Origin: Klebsormidium nitens
Lineage: Eukaryota > Plantae > Klebsormidiophyceae
DNA length: 64,000 nt
Direction: 5' to 3'
Assembly: GCA_000708835.1 (NCBI GenBank)
Contig: DF237162.1
Location: 63,700 to 127,699, forward strand
This document shows positions 41,421-56,200 of this stretch, piece after piece. Made by a program: the position numbers and the translations under genes. The first letter of the stretch is position 1; every line of letters begins with the position of its first letter. The notes below the pieces were generated by a model that worked only from the letters and a program-made list of their open reading frames with translations, ran no database searches and was not told the origin of the DNA.

Positions 41421-44400
41421 ATGGGGGAGAGCCAGTATTCCTTCTCCTTGACGACTTTCAGGTCAGTACTGCTCGCCGCTTGGCTTTGAACTCCTGACTT
41501 GTTGTTATGATCCAACTAGGATACCTGAATGAGTTTTCTGAAATGCAACGGAGGATTCCTTCTGACCCACAGCAATCCGTTCAAATTTACTGGCGATCAT
41601 CTGGTGGTTCTGGTTGCAATTGTTTGATGCAGTTCTGATTTGTGACAGCAGCACCTTACTGCCTGGGTGACTGTATCAACCCTGCTCGAATGGCTCTTTA
41701 TCAGCACACGCAACAACCTTATGGCGACCCTCCACCTTGTGATAGTGACCCTCACCGAAAATTGGGACCATTGAGTGCTACTTTACGGTGATCAGCTGGC
41801 CTGTGCCTACTCTATTTACGAATTCTTGGGACTATGAGGTCAAAAATAGTCTGAGACAACTCTTTTGCTGGTATGGGCTATTAGTCAACCCAAACAATCC
41901 ACCACCCCGTCATCCTTCTGTGCAGTCCATCAGGAAAGCTGGTGCAAATAGAGTACGCTCTGAACGCAGTAAACGCTGGAGCCACTTCTTTGGGCATCAA
42001 AGGTACGTCACAAGAAGCGATGGCCAGAGACTCAGCACCTTCGAATCCCCCATTTGAGGAGTTCATTGGCGCAATGGATTGTCCCCTGAACAGCGTCTAT
42101 GAATATAGTCCCATATGCAGACGGCTGTAGGAAGCTCTGTTGATTCTGCTGGTGCAACAAAGAATTCTGCCTCCGGCAAAGAATTCTGTTTTTCTTACAT
42201 TGCTCTCAGAAGGAGACTGACCCTCTCGTGTGTACTTTGCAGCCACAAATGGAGTCGTGATAGCTACAGAGAAAAAGCTGCCGTCAATTCTGATAGACGA
42301 GGACTCGGTGAGGCTCAACTTTGGGACATTGAAACACTTGGTCCTCTGAGTATTTTGTTGCCTTCTGCAGGTCATCAGTGCACTGCCTCGCCTCCTAAGA
42401 TTTGCAGGACTATGTTTGTATACCAGATACTAAACTGATCTGATGTGGACTTTTTGTTGTGACCTGCAACAGCCTAGGCCTGCATTTCTTAAGAGCCCAA
42501 TTGCGGGCAAGCTAGCCCCCCTCTTCTCCACTGAACCACTTTACGATTTTCTTTTGAAGCTCCTGAAGCAGTTTTGATCCTCTTGATCCTCCAGTCTTAG
42601 GGACTCAAGCGTATGCATCTGGCACAGCTGACTAATGATTGCCGCTTTGATTGCAGGTCAAGAAAATATCCTTGTTGACAGAGAATATAGGCGTCGTGTA
42701 CAGGTAAGGGCTTCGGAAGCAGAAACCGCGTGACTTTTCTTGAAGACTTGAACAGAAGTTAAGGTGTTGCTTGGTGCTGAATCACCCCCTTCCACAAGCA
42801 CGTGGCACCAAGAATTGTGTTGGTCATGTTTCAACAGTGGCCTGCTGAGTCCTTCCCAAAGATTCGCCGCTTTGTTGACTCAAAAAATGTACGTCGTCAA
42901 AGCAGAGAAGACCTGACTGGAACATGCAGCAATCTCTGGGTCCAATGGAATACTTAATTATGTCTCCCTGATGCAATACTTCCCTTATGCAGCGGGATGG
43001 GTCCAGACTCTCGAGTGTTAGTCAGAAAGAGTCGGAAGCAGGCGCAGGCGTACCATAGACTATACGAGGTAAGACAGCCCCGCTTTTCTATTTCTGCTGG
43101 CACTGTTATGCAACTTGAAGCGACAACTGCTAGGTTCTTGGTTTCCAGCAAAGCCTTCCTTGTGACCTTCTGAACAGAACCTCAAAGGGGACCCTGTTGC
43201 TGAGTTCCTACTGAGGTTGTCATCAGTCCTTAGAGGCCGAATGAGCACAAACTTAAGGACAAGTCTCAGCTCAGTGTAACTCATGTGCCTAGTCTGAGTC
43301 AATGAGTAGTGGAAGATTGTAGTTGACCCAAGCAACTCACAAGGCCTTGGCCAAAAGGCCAAACAGGACCCTTGTCAGGCTTCTCATTCTCTTGTCGTCG
43401 ACTGATGGCCGCGACTCCTTCCGATTGCAGGAGAACATCCCGGTTACGCAACTCACAAGAGAAATCGCGACAGTCATGCAGGAGTTCACGCAATCCGGGT
43501 GAGTCTGCAAGCCAATCAAGCAGGCAATTGTTCCTCGTTTCTTACCTCAAGAACACTGCCTGAACGGATACTGACGAGTCGCCTCTTCCTTCTTTCGGTC
43601 AGCAGGTATTAGGTGGGGTGGTCATGGAAGGCTCGTCAGTAGGTCGTTGCCGGTTTGGCAGTTACGCCGGCTGCGTGGCTTGGATCCGAGCTCCTCATTA
43701 AACTCGAATAGTAATGGAATTGATTGATTGATAAGAGGGGGCAGCAGTCACACACTTGCTGCAGCGCCAAATTGTGTGCTTTGGGCTCGAAGAAGAACCA
43801 TTCCTCGTTGCCCATCTTCTGTCAACCACAAAGCGTGCGCCCTGCGGTCGTAGTCGCTCTTTAAGGATTGGTTTCAGATGCATCCGAGAACCTCTGATTT
43901 AGCCAAATGCGGTTTCCAACTTTTTCCGAGACACCTCAGCAGAGAACACCGTCTGTAGCGGGTCACACTTCCCAGTCCTCAATAAAAGCCAAAATATTTT
44001 CCAGTCTTTCCAATCTTCTGCACGCCTCAACTCCTCCCCCTCCCCAGCATGCGACCCTGCCGGCCCCCCCTCTTTTGTAATCTGTATCTTATTCCCTTTT
44101 TCAATATCAAAATTATTAAGTGTGAGTGGTTGCGCAGGGGCGTCCGACCGTTTGGCGTGTCGCTGCTGGTGGCGGGGTACGACGCCGACGGCCCGCACCT
44201 CTTCCAGGTCGACCCCTCCGGCTCCTACTTCGCCTGGAAAGCGTCCGCCATCGGCAAGAACATGGTCAACGCCAAGACGTTCCTGGAAAAGAGGTGAGGG
44301 CGGAGTGGGGACGGGCAACAACTGCTTGGTGGAAAGGTCCTCAGAGCCTCGAAAGGTTCTTGTGGAGCTTTTTGTAAGAGCTTCACAAGCAGCAGTTGCA

Positions 44401-45700
44401 GGTTATCAGAAGACATTTGAGCCGCTTTGATGTTCGGAAGTCTTGTGCCTGATTGGGATTCGCAGCGCATCTGTCGCCGTGCAAGGCGTTGGTGATTGGA
44501 GCTTGCTTCGCTTGGAAAGGTCTCGTGCCCTCGGAGCTCCCGTCCTTTTGCATCTAGTCGGCCCCTCAAGTCTCCGAGGAAGGGTCAGTTCAATGTCCTT
44601 CTGTCGGACCACCCAGCGGTGATCCTCCATCGGCTGTCCACTTATCGTGCTTTGCTGACAGACAGTAATAACGGTGTTCTCCGTCTTGATTGCCTCTGCT
44701 TCTATCCATTCCCCGCTCGTGTGAATCTGAATAACGGTTCAATTACAAGTCAAGGATCGCTTCCCTTCACGTCGAAGTCGAAGGAGGGTTCGACAATTGA
44801 GTTCAGTAATGCAATTTTCGTGCATCCGAGGTTCCAGTTTTGCTCGCCTGCAGGTTCAAGGAAGACAGGGAGCTATAGGATGCCTAGAATTTTATCTCAG
44901 ATAAATCCAAACGGAAAATGATCGCTCTTCCTGCAGGTATACGGAAGATATGGAGCTGGAGGATGCCATCCACACCGCCATCCTCACGCTAAAAGAAGGG
45001 TGAGCGCTGCAAAGTCGTCTAGCATTCTCGCCCACTCGTTCCAGGAATCACCCCCCCCGGGGGCCCAGGCTCGCGGAGTCCTATGAATCAAGTAGTTAAG
45101 TATTGTTTGCTGTTTAGCGGACTTCTCTTCTGCAAGAGCTGTGTTCTTGCTTTGCAACGTTTGGTTCGGTCCGCCGAAATATTTGCGGATCTCTAAAAGT
45201 GGTACCGCTCCAGGCAGAGGCCTCGACGTTCACTGACTCTGTTATTGAGGCTGTCGGAATTTGGCAATGTCATTCACACAAGTTTTCCGGTACATGCCGG
45301 CCCTTGTGACTTTCTTCGTGAGGAGTGCATGCCGCTTGAACGAAAAAAGGTCTGGAGATGTGATGAGGCTTTGGAAGATTGCAATCCCATGCACTACCAG
45401 AGCTTGACCTGCTTGTATCTCCGTTCTCTGCGCAGGTTTGAGGGCCAGATTGCAGGTGACAACATTGAGATTGGTATCATCGGGCAGGACCAAAAATTCA
45501 GGTACAGTCTCATGGCTTTCGCTCGCTTTGCGTTCTTGTCTTGCTTGTTCTGACGACTCTCAGCAACATGACTGACAACTCTGCAGAGCGGTGATGGCGT
45601 TGATTCCTCAGGACCTGGCAACTTGACCACTGATCTTATCTGTTGATGCAGGGTATTGAGCGTCGCAGAAGTTAACGACTACCTTGCGGAGGTTGAATAA
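41421..45700 (+). CDS. PAB1: 20S proteasome subunit alpha-2, ~10 exons (41421-41461, 41926-42002, 42243-42307, 42657-42703, 42991-43068, 43430-43497, 44138-44293, 44937-44999, 45437-45502, 45652-45700)
   Basis: [14 protein letters not shown]|[28 protein letters not shown]|[57 protein letters not shown]. Confidence 0.95.
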
Positions 45701-47077
45701 GACGGAAGTGCACCTTTGGTTGTATATCTCAGGAAGATAAGCATACCTTGTTCTCTGGAAACGTTGCTCAGAAGCGTCTCTTGTGTTCAGGATGGCTGTC
45801 ATGCGATTGTGCTTACTTAGTTGCCCAACTCACTTGGTAGACAAGTCAGTGCATCAAGGCATGGCATGTATTAGTGCAGATTTTGGGTGTGGCTTGCCTT
45901 GTCTCATGTCCATGGATTCTCTGCAATCAGATCTACGTTCTGAACACTTCGGATCGATCAATGCAAAATGATCGATCCAGGAATTGATGGTTTTGCATGC
46001 AACTTACTCGAAAGTTGCGCGGCCGCTAACAATTAGAGCCTGGCACGCACCGCATGGAAAGCACATGGTCGACCGGCCATCGACATATATAGGCGCATGA
46101 CCTGTTAGGTTTCAAAGCTCATGCAGGCCGCACGCCTTAATTGGTACGCATTAACGCGTGCCATGCACCAATCCTGCATATATGGCATACGTGCCAAGAT
46201 CGGACGACATGTGCGTGGCCAAAGCGGCACGCGCGCGGGCGCATATCATACGTTACGTACCGTATTCGTACCGCTGCACCGTGACGGTTGCCGCGCATGC
46301 ACGGCTGTATGTTTCACCATATATATGTCAACGAGGCCCGGGAGCGCGGCGCGTCATATGATTCACTAGGGAATTCTTCATTATTTTCCAGCTAGTCAGT
46401 AGCCAACACTGCATGTGATCTGCTCGTGCCGCCAGTTTATGCTGCCCTGCATGGTTTGAATAGCTCTCAGCTAGCCTAGTTTAAAGCAATCATAATCGCA
46501 GGTCCAGCTCCTGCACGCATATATTGCGAGCGTGACCACATGCTATACGGATTGATTACGGTTGACCGGCCAAATCAAGCTGAAGAGCACATGGCAGGGT
46601 GTTGTCAAGCTTCTGTGATCAAGTCGAGAATCTTGCAGAGATCAGTGAGATGGATTTGATGAAAGTTTCTGATTTGGGTGGGGGGCGTGGAGGGACGCCT
46701 TTTGTTGGGAAAGGCATCCCATGTTTGTTTGAGAGGGTCCAGGACCTTTGAGAAAGGGGGTTGGAGAGGGTTGCTGCCGCTGCAGAAAACCCTGGGTGAT
46801 TGCGCGCTTTCAAGGGAAAGAGAATAAGGGACTTGCGGAATGATAATCCAGGACTTTGGGTTTGGCGCCGAGAGGCGGAGGGGAACAGTGGGGGGTCCTC
46901 GAAGGACTCGGGAGAGCTTTGTAGCGAGGCTCTGGGAGAGGAGCTGGAGGACAATTCTGGAGAGGGTTTGAGAGTGGGTTTCGCAGAGGCTTCAAGAGAG
47001 GGTTTCGAAAGGGTTTCGGGAGGGGGTTTAGAAGAAGGTTTCGGAAGAATTTGGGGAGGGGGTTTAGAAGAGGGTGG

Positions 47078-50000
47078 TCATCGGATGTTGATGCTCCGGA
47101 GGCCGCTCCTGCTGTCCTGTGCCTTAGCCGCCGCTTTGCCACGTGTCCCGGCGGGGACTGAAGCGGCGTCGTTGCCGCCGAAGACTTTCCAGAAGCGCAG
47201 AGTCTCGTCGGCAGCTGCGAGAATACACCAGGACACGGACTTTATCAGTGTTCGTTGACGCCAATAAGTTGAGGCAGTGGGGATTGTAAGCATCTCTCCG
47301 TTTAATCGTCGATTTAGCAATGCCCGATTCATAAACTTGTCGATTCAGGTTTGTAGCATCATCAAGGAGCAGTTTAGGGATCGAGTACTGCCGTTGGACA
47401 CGATCCTCGGAGAAAGATGTTGGGCGGAGCCAAGGAGCTCTACAAGGAGGATTTGAAGGCGCAAAGGTAAAGAACAAAAGGTTTCGGAAAGAATTCGACG
47501 TCCAAGACCCCAGCAAATGCTGCCTTTGCACCTGTGACGACAGCACTTGCGCGAAACCGCATTGCATACTGTCGAGTAGGGACATTCTGAAGTTCTACAA
47601 TACTTCTGTCAGACGTAAACGTGACCGAGAGCCAGAACGGCATATTCGCGGAGAGCCGCTCGGGAGTCAAGACGGGCATTCAAGTGTTCCAGCTTTTCTA
47701 ACAATTTGAAAATAAGCAAGTTTCAAAGAGGCGTTCGATCAAGGTCAGAATGCCAGGAAGGCGCATTTTAGTACACAACATGTCAGGTTCATTAAGAAGG
47801 AGAAATTGGATTATTGAAGCTGCAATAACGCACCTGCGGAGCCGACGGTGGTGCCTTTTAAGACGTCGTTGAACGATTATACGTCCGGAAGCACACTTTT
47901 GCACCGACTGAAGCCTTCAACGAACGAGAAACAAAACCCAAAGATGGACAGAAACATTCGGAAAGAAAGCCTTGGCTGCTCACCTGCGGAGGCGACGGTG
48001 GTGCCGTCAGGCGAGAGCGCGAGGTGGAGGACGCGCGCGGTGTGGCCGGTGAGCTCTGCGACCTTGGCCATGGAGGGGTATTTCCAGAGGCACAGCTGGT
48101 TCTGGCTGAACCCGTGGCTCGACAGCAGCTCGCGCTCAGTGGGGGACCACTGCAGCGCACACACCTGGAGGGGGGGGGCGAGAGAAAGATCAGTTGTCCT
48201 GTTTCAAGGGCAAACCCTACAGGATTAGTCGGCTACTGCGGACGTCAGAACCGCGCTTCGAGATTGTTCCGCGATTGGTTGACTCGGCCGCAATATGTGC
48301 ATCGAGCATCGAGCTCTTAGTGCGCAGGCGTCTTCTCGAGGAACGTTCTAGTGCAGCCTTTTGGTCTCAATTGGTGACCTCGGGACCAATTGGTCAATAC
48401 ATTGGCGATACACTGGTCGTCTTTAGGATCGCTGTTCTCCCACAGTATACGCATCCTCTCAAACTTGAAACCATGATTTTGAGCGTATTAATCAGTGATC
48501 TCGCTATCGTTCCTCACCTGGCTGTGCGTGTCGATGCTGTTGACGCAAGCCCCCGTGTTCGTATTCCAGAACTTGATGCACCGGTCCGCCGTTCCTCCGC
48601 CCGACGCGAGCAGGTTGGCCTGGAAGGGGCACCACGCGAGGGCTTTGACGGCGGCCTGGTGCTGATCAATGCGGTGCAGCGGCGCCGCGGACTGGGCCGC
48701 GTCCCATACGTGCAGCAAATTGTCGTTGCCGCCGCTCGCGAGTTGCGCGCCCGAGGGGGACCACTTGAGGCCGCAGATCTCCTGTGGAGTTTAATCAGAA
48801 ATTGCTTTCAGCTTTTGAAACACACGAGTTGCAAGGTGTTCTTATCGAGCTCGGAAGCTGCACGCCCGAGGGGGACGGCTTAAGGCCGCAGATCTCCTGT
48901 CGAGTTCAAAGAGGTTTCCAATCAGCTGTGACGGAAGATTTGGGTCCCCCGTTTTGAGGTGTTTCGATTGTGCTCGGCAGCATTACAGAAGGGTTCGTTG
49001 TGGCACCTTAGGCAGCCATTGTCAAGGCCAAACGAAGAGGGAACAAAATCTCTGGGTCCGAATCAGATGCTGTCACATGCAGAGACTCTTCTAAGCTTTG
49101 CCGCAGACTTGTCGATGACACGAAAAGCAAGACAAAGACAAGAAAGGCATATAGGTAGTCAGAAGGAAGTCGTTCAAGAGAAGAACGAACCTGCTCGTGC
49201 GCGCCGGTCATGCGTGCGGTGATGTGCTCGCGCAGCCTGACGTCATGGTTGAGGATGAGGCTGTCGCGGCCGCCCGAGCTGAGAGTGGGGCCGGACCAGG
49301 AGAGGGCGCCCACGCGTGCAGAGTGGCCACGCAGGGAGCGGATCTAGGAGCAGGAGATGTCAGAATTAGAAACGGTGCAATGCTTTCATTGACGACCGTT
49401 GTTGAGGATGCCGCATGGAATGGTACGGATGCTTTGCCCGTTTTGTCTGGTCCTGTGTCGGTGTGTTTCTTGTCAGATACGGAGGCAGAGGTCCTGTGCT
49501 CGGAACAGATTCCTGACAAACGAAGGTAAGCCAATCCTTAAGAATGTCACAATGCTGGTCTCTCTCCGTTGCTAATCTGCTCTCGTCTTCTTATTCGAGC
49601 CCAACTACGAGCAGATTCAGAAACACGGACAAGCAGAAGCAAAGCAAGGCCAGCTTAAATTAGAAAATCGGCAAAGCTTTCAACCGAACTGTTTGTTGAC
49701 GTTGTAGTCCGCTACTTGGGCCTCGCTTCCAGTACCTCTATAATGCAAATTGATCCCGAAATGATACCAAAACAAGACAAGGGACCAAAAAGTAGAGATG
49801 CGAGCAAATGACAGACAAAATGGTACAGATTCTCAATCTCGTCCACATCGTCCATGTCTTCGCTTCCTAGTTTCAGAGCTGCTTCTGTAGTTTGTGACAT
49901 GACAAATAAGAAGGAACGACACGGCAATGCCGTGTTACCAGGAAAACCGGTCAAACCATACAGAAGACTTCTTCATTCAGTTTTGTCGGCCTCACAGTCC

Positions 50001-52426
50001 AACATGTGCACTTGGCTACTATTATAGTAACCAAAGGTCGACAATAGGAAACAAAAGAAGCACACAAAGGGAAAACCCTCATTGTCGAAGAAGACAAAGA
50101 CACGATCCTCACCTGTTTGTTGGCCTCGCAGTCCCACAGCTGCACCTCGCTGCTCCCGAGCCCCACTGCGAGGTGCTTCCCGTCGCCTGCCCACGCGACG
50201 CTCGTCACGTAATCCTCCCCGCCCTCGTTGCCGGCTTCCATGAGCTCCTGAATGGTTCCGCTGGCGGCGTTCCACAGGTAGACGGTGCTCCCGAGGGCGA
50301 TGGCAAGGGTGTTGCGCGCAGACCAGTCCAGCAGGTTCAGGTAGTAGTCGTCGACGAGCTCGGGGGCATCCAGGATGCGCTCAGGAGCCTGGAAAGACAG
50401 GGATATGAGTTTGATTTACACTCTACGGTTCTTCAGTGAACATGCTCGTGGGCCTGGACGGCTTCAGTTTGACGGTTAACGGTAGAGTTCAGGCTTTGGT
50501 TTTGGAGGACGTGCACAAGTTTGTCGTCAATGCAAAATGGCGCTCAAGGGCCTGGAAGGGATATGGTTCACAATCACTGATAGTCTAATGTAAGACTGCT
50601 GGGAAGGTTATCTCAGCCGATTTCGTAACCATAATGCCTTCGCATTCTAGAAGGGGAGGTAATTTGAGAGTGATTAAGATTGAGCATGAACTATGCTGTG
50701 GAGATTATTCTGATCAACAAACGCAGATATCAAGGGCTTGGAAAACCATTGAGTTGATTGAATATAAACAGGAGAGCAGTTTGTCAGGAGTTGGGATGGT
50801 GCTGAAGGGCGTTACACTGTCCCAGCCTTGGTCATCCTGGTCCCCTGAATGTATGTTTGGTTGGGGGGCTCAAGTGTCACAAACAGATCTCCAGACCCCG
50901 CTTTGAACATGTAAATATGAGGTTCCAGAGCACGAGGCCACTGAAAAACATTACGGACACCAACAGAGTATTCAACGTCGGCTAGTCCCTCGGCTCACAG
51001 CAACCCTCAATTCATTCTGAGGAACCAGATTACATTTAGCACCCACGCTTAGAGAATGAATTAACAGATCAAGCAAACGCTGCCGACCAGTGAGCCAGTC
51101 CTCACCGAAGGGATGTGCCGGAAGGCCTTCTTCGCTGGCCGCACCGCAGGGTCCATGTTCTGGGAGTAGAGCACGCGCATCGGGTTCACGTGGCCCTCGG
51201 GGGGCGCCGGCGCCTTGTGCTTGAACGCCAGGATCCGGCACTGCTCGCTCTCGTCGGTGCGGAGGAGGGACCCCGCCAGCTGGCGCTTGTACTCCTCCTT
51301 GGTGGGGGAGAGGCAGTCGGAGGCGTGGCTGCCGGCGTTCTCCTTGGCAGACTCTTGCATGAGCGTGAAGTGCGCGACGTCGAGGTCCATGGCGCGGCGG
51401 CTGGGGATGAAGCGGTCGCCCTGGGTGGGGGCAGAGAGATCGCTTGTGAGTTAGGCTTCAGAAGAGTGTGGCTTGTAGGTTGGTTCAGCGTGGGGTTTTG
51501 TCTGTGTGCATCCAGTGGGGTCAGATTGAGTTTCCAGAAAAGGGCAGCGGGGTTTTGGCGTGTGCAAGTTTAATGGATGTCTCCTTCCCGACAGAAATCA
51601 AGGGTTTTTCTTCCAAGGAGCACACAGGATGCTTCTATCTGATTGTCGAGCATGATTTGATTTGTCTACTCAGTCAGGATGATCTGAAGCAAGATATGCA
51701 TGCAGAGTTCAGCGATGAACTTCAAGACAAAAGCGAGGACGAAGAACTGCTTAATAACCAACCACAAAGATGGAGGCATTGAAGCAATTGAGGCTAATCT
51801 TTGATTAGAGTCCCTTGGTGGAAAAGTTGTTGAACCCCCCTGCTCGCTTTTGACAAAGTGCTCATGCAGCAGTTGGAGAGATTGGCTGCTTTTGCAGATT
51901 TGCACGAAAAGCCCCTCTAATAACACCGCTTCCGGCTGCCTCTCATCTATGAATCGAGCATCTCGTCTTTTTCTATAAGTTGCTGGCTAGATTCCCTTTG
52001 CCATCTCACTTTATATTCAGATGCTATTTCATCGAAGCCCAACTTCAGTTGCTCTCGCAGATTCTGCAAATGAAAAACCCTTTGAGGGCTTGCGCTGCCT
52101 GCTTCGTTAATGCACCACTATTTGTGATTAACATTATCCTTCCAAGTAGAGCAACAAACCAAGCCTGACCATCCAGGTCTCAGGCGTACCGGTGCCTCGT
52201 CCCAGGCATCTTCATTATCTGGAGTTCTCCTAATCGGGATTTTTTCTTGAGCTTTTCCTACCTTTCCAGGGCTCCTGATTCTGGAGGGCGTCTTGCAGGG
52301 GGTGCTCTTCTTTGCTGACCGGAACAGTGCCACTGGTCGTGGGGACTGGTACTCCTGGCAGTTGGCCGCGCGCCTCTCCCTGCACGCCTGGCCCAAAGGC
52401 GTCTTGACAGGCGTCTTGCACGCCAT
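47078..52426 (-). CDS. CDC20: APC/C activator CDC20 (fizzy), exons 52426-52190, 51420-51106, 50388-50113, 49343-49191, 48781-48518, 48164-47984, 47214-47078
   Basis: C-box [14 protein letters not shown]-like [32 protein letters not shown]40 repeats ([38 protein letters not shown]) and C-terminal IR tail (INIR*). Confidence 0.95.
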
Positions 52427-53270
52427 GCCTGATCTGCGCTTGCAAGGGTTAGTGGAACCAAGGAGGGTTTCCGATAAGCAAGCAATGACAAAGAAGCAGC
52501 ATGCAGTACACGAGATAATATGACAGCAGTGATGGCAAGCAATGACAAAGCAAAGCAATTGTCGATAGTGAGCAAGCGAGCGCAAGAGGAGGGGTGGATA
52601 TCCTGGCAGCAGCCAACCAACGTCTGCGCAGAGAGACTGCAGAAGCAAGCGTAAGCAGCGAGCAGAGCGCAACAGCACAGGTGATCAATCGCAAATCTCT
52701 ATCAGCAGTGAAAAATTTGTGGTCAAGTGAGTTTTGTTGGTGGCCTTTTGAGCTTGATTCACACAACAAACTGGGCAATGCAGGCATCCATCATGCTGAC
52801 GTCATGCGGGGCTGCTTCCCGAGCAATTCGGGTAGAAAAGTGTCGGTTAGGACTACTCTTGAACGGCTCAACTTGCGTCTCTTTCCAAGATCGACGGTGC
52901 CGATGTGGCGGTTGCAACCTAACCATTGCCGCCAATATCGGTAACGGCTTGGCAGAAGCTTGTCAAGGTAAGACTGTGGTTCTTTCGATTAGGCTCTGTC
53001 TAGTTTCTAGCCAGCACAAAGATCCTTGGAAGTTGGGCTGTATCTTGTCAATGTTTTGCTGATCATGCTCGTTCAACCTCGTTGCTTGCTGAGCTCCCAA
53101 CTTTCTCGCTGAATTGTTGACAATCAGTTGACATCAGTTGACCTTCTGTCAGCTTTGCGATTGGAGGAGAGGCCTGGGAAGAAGGTGAGGTTCACTCAAA
53201 TGAGGGGCGGTCAGGCAATTGCCCAAGACACTCGCAGCATTGCATGCTGTGTTTCTTTGAGCGTCCTTCA

Positions 53271-56200
53271 ATGGCGGCCATGTCTTCAGCTCAGTGGATC
53301 AGCACTCTTCAGGCGCAGCACGAAAAAATTGAGCGCAGTGCCGACGACCCGGCAGCCCTAACGGAGGCGTTCATCGCTGTGGCAGAATGCATGGAACACT
53401 ACTTTCTGACAAGCAACGAGGAAGTGCAGAGCTCAGATATCCAAGCGTCAATGGCCAAATTTGCTTGGGCCTGGGTAGAGCTGCCTCAGTTCCCAGTTCG
53501 TAAGCTGCTTCCAGCTGCAGCGAAGGCGCTACAGCGTTTCCCCCAGCACAGGGGCCTTGCTTTGGCAATTGCGGACTGGTGCAAAGATGTCTGCACCCAA
53601 AACGTGCAGGCAAAGATGGAGGCGATGCAATGTGGTATGCTACAGGGCCTCTGCTTGGCGGCGGGTCATCTGGCACTATGTGAAGAGTTCAGGGAGGATG
53701 AGTATCTTCTGGCGGGATGCATCTTTGAAGCGCTTCGGAAAGCTGCAGAGCCCCCTGGGGTTGCATTTTACTCCCGGCCGCTAGCGGTGAAAAATGAGTT
53801 CTACTCCGTGGCGACAAACACGTGGGGTGCAGTCCAGCTAGACAGCGCCGTGTTAGCGGCCTTGGTGAAGCGTGGAGACTTTAAAGACTTTGGGGCGGTG
53901 AATCACGCGCTTCTGCTGACGACTTACTTCGTTCAAAGATACTCCAGAGCAATGGTGCATGACAAACGCCGCCATGAGGGGATTGTGGAGCACTACCTGG
54001 AAGTGGTCAAGACTTTGGGGGAGGCTTTCAACTTTCAGTTCCCAAAGTTGGCAGGCAATGAAGCTTTCCAGAGGTAAGCTCCATTATGCTTTATGCTGGC
54101 TGCACCCATATCCAATTTCTGCAAACAAAGAGTTCAAAGAGGAAAGATTGATTCCTTGGGGACACGAGGCATCTTCAGCGCATTAACCTGAACCTTCTAC
54201 TGTCGGCCAGCCAACATTTGTATTTCCTTTTGGGTAACATTCTTAGTTGTGGGCTCCCGCAAACCTCATGAACCTGTCATCCGAGGGCTTCTTTGTTACT
54301 TTTGACAGTGGACGTCCTCCTTTGCAGCATGTACAAGCCTCACCAAATGCAAGTGATCGTGATGCATCATTCTCCCCAATAATGTTTGCTAACCACTCTG
54401 TGTGTCTACTTTTTGAACCAAGTGCTTAACTTCACATAGGACGTTGGCCTGGTCACCTTGTTGTGCCTTCATTGTCTGCTCCATTGTTTGGGGACGATCA
54501 CCGATGCCTTCCTCCATCTCTCACTGCACTAGGTCTTGCTTGGTCTAAAGCAGACAGTTTGCATATCTTCGTGCAGGTACTTCAAGCGAACGTTCGAGGA
54601 GGCGAGTCGCTTAGACTTCCAATATGAAGACTACATCGATCAATTTGACGAGATCCTCTTGATGCACAAGCGGACCTTCAGTGCTTCCCAGGTCCCATAT
54701 GATCACAGGTACTGCAAAACCCAGCTTGTTTTTTTTAAAAACGTGGTTTAGTGGTTGCTGGAATCAGCCCAGTGGCTGCTGTTGTCATGTTCAACCTCTG
54801 ACAAATCAATGAAAGCTGCAGACTCTTGAAACCTGAGGATCTTTGTAGTCATGTGACAGACTCGACTAAGAACCTCTCAAGGGGCACTCGATGGCCAGTG
54901 TTTGGGTTACTATTCAATCGGACATCAAGCAAGGCCACAGGACCCGCTCTTTCTTTTGCGATACTGCCAGGAATCATCCGAATGGACTCGTAGAGGCTCA
55001 AGTCGGTATGGGGTTCGCTAGATCTTAATGCCCAACTGAAACAGGTCTTGCTCATCTGCAATGTTTTCCCTCCAGGAACCCGTGCTTGCCGCCTGCCCGC
55101 AACAGGCAATGCTTCTCGGACTTCAGATACGTGAGCGAAAGGCAGACCTCGCAGGACATCCACCAGAACTGGGGCATCCGGTTATCCGAAAGAAGAAACG
55201 TCTTAAAGATTGCGCGCAAGTATGCCGCCGCCGGCGCTGATGCAGGCGCCGGCAGCGTCGCACCAGGTGGGCATCGGGACACTAGCCCATGGCACCCTCG
55301 CATTCAGTTGATGCTTATACTTCGTAAATGTTTCGATATGACCTCGTCAATGGTTGGTCCAAAGGATGGTTTCATAGAGGGTTCGAGTTGGGCGAATCTG
55401 ACTCACTTTGCTTACGCCCTCCTGGAGACGTCGAAAATGAACTCCGGCTCGCTCTGGTGCTATGATTCTTGACTTCCATTAACCTATAACCAATGTCGGT
55501 TGCAGCGTTTGATAGCCTTCCTGCGCTGCCCTTCCTCTTGATCACCTCTGAATCCATACGCCAGTTTCTGACAAACCCAAACAACTTGTCCGTTTGACTT
55601 CCGTCCATCGATTTCTCAGGGCGTTGCAATCAGTGGATGTAAAAACGCAAATCTGCGGACCTGCCTTCGTAAGATAGGTACGGCCGGTCAGGTCTCGTTC
55701 ATCTGCAACAAGTCACCGAATGTGCGGGCTGCTTATATCATTCAGATCCATCGAGACGCTGATTCTGCCAACCTAGACCAACCTATCACCTCGGCAATTG
55801 CCCGGAAAGCGTTGCAGGCCACCAAGGAAAAAAAATCAGTCTTCACTTCCGCCTCGTTTCCAGGTGCGTTCGCCAACGCCGATATTGGAGAGAAGAGTCG
55901 CGCAAACAAGGCTTCTGCTTCCATGCGGGAGTGTGGAGACAAGACCCGGACCTGCGCAAATTGCTCTAGGGTACAGGAGGAGCGCACCCCAGCAGAGCTC
56001 GTTTTCCAGAAGTGCTCGCGGTGCAAGGCCGCATACTACTGCGGACGCGAGGTGCGATTCGGTCACTCACCACGTGGCTATTTACTTCTGTCGTTAAGCA
56101 TTGTAGAACTTGAGAGGCGATGCCCCTGGCTAAGGAACAACGAGTTGACCTTCTCCTTGCTGTAGGGCCAAGTGTGTGCTTCGATCGCCCCTTTTGGGAC

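Noticed and set aside
44480-44530. Possible exon echo in a proteasome intron (cttcgcttggaaag versus cttcgcctggaaag)
   Set aside because: Only a 14-nt core with weak flanks, too short to separate from chance.
46619-47258. ORFs of 110-152 aa downstream of CDC20
   Set aside because: Low-complexity GA/G-rich 3' UTR sequence with short imperfect repeats and no protein-like signal.
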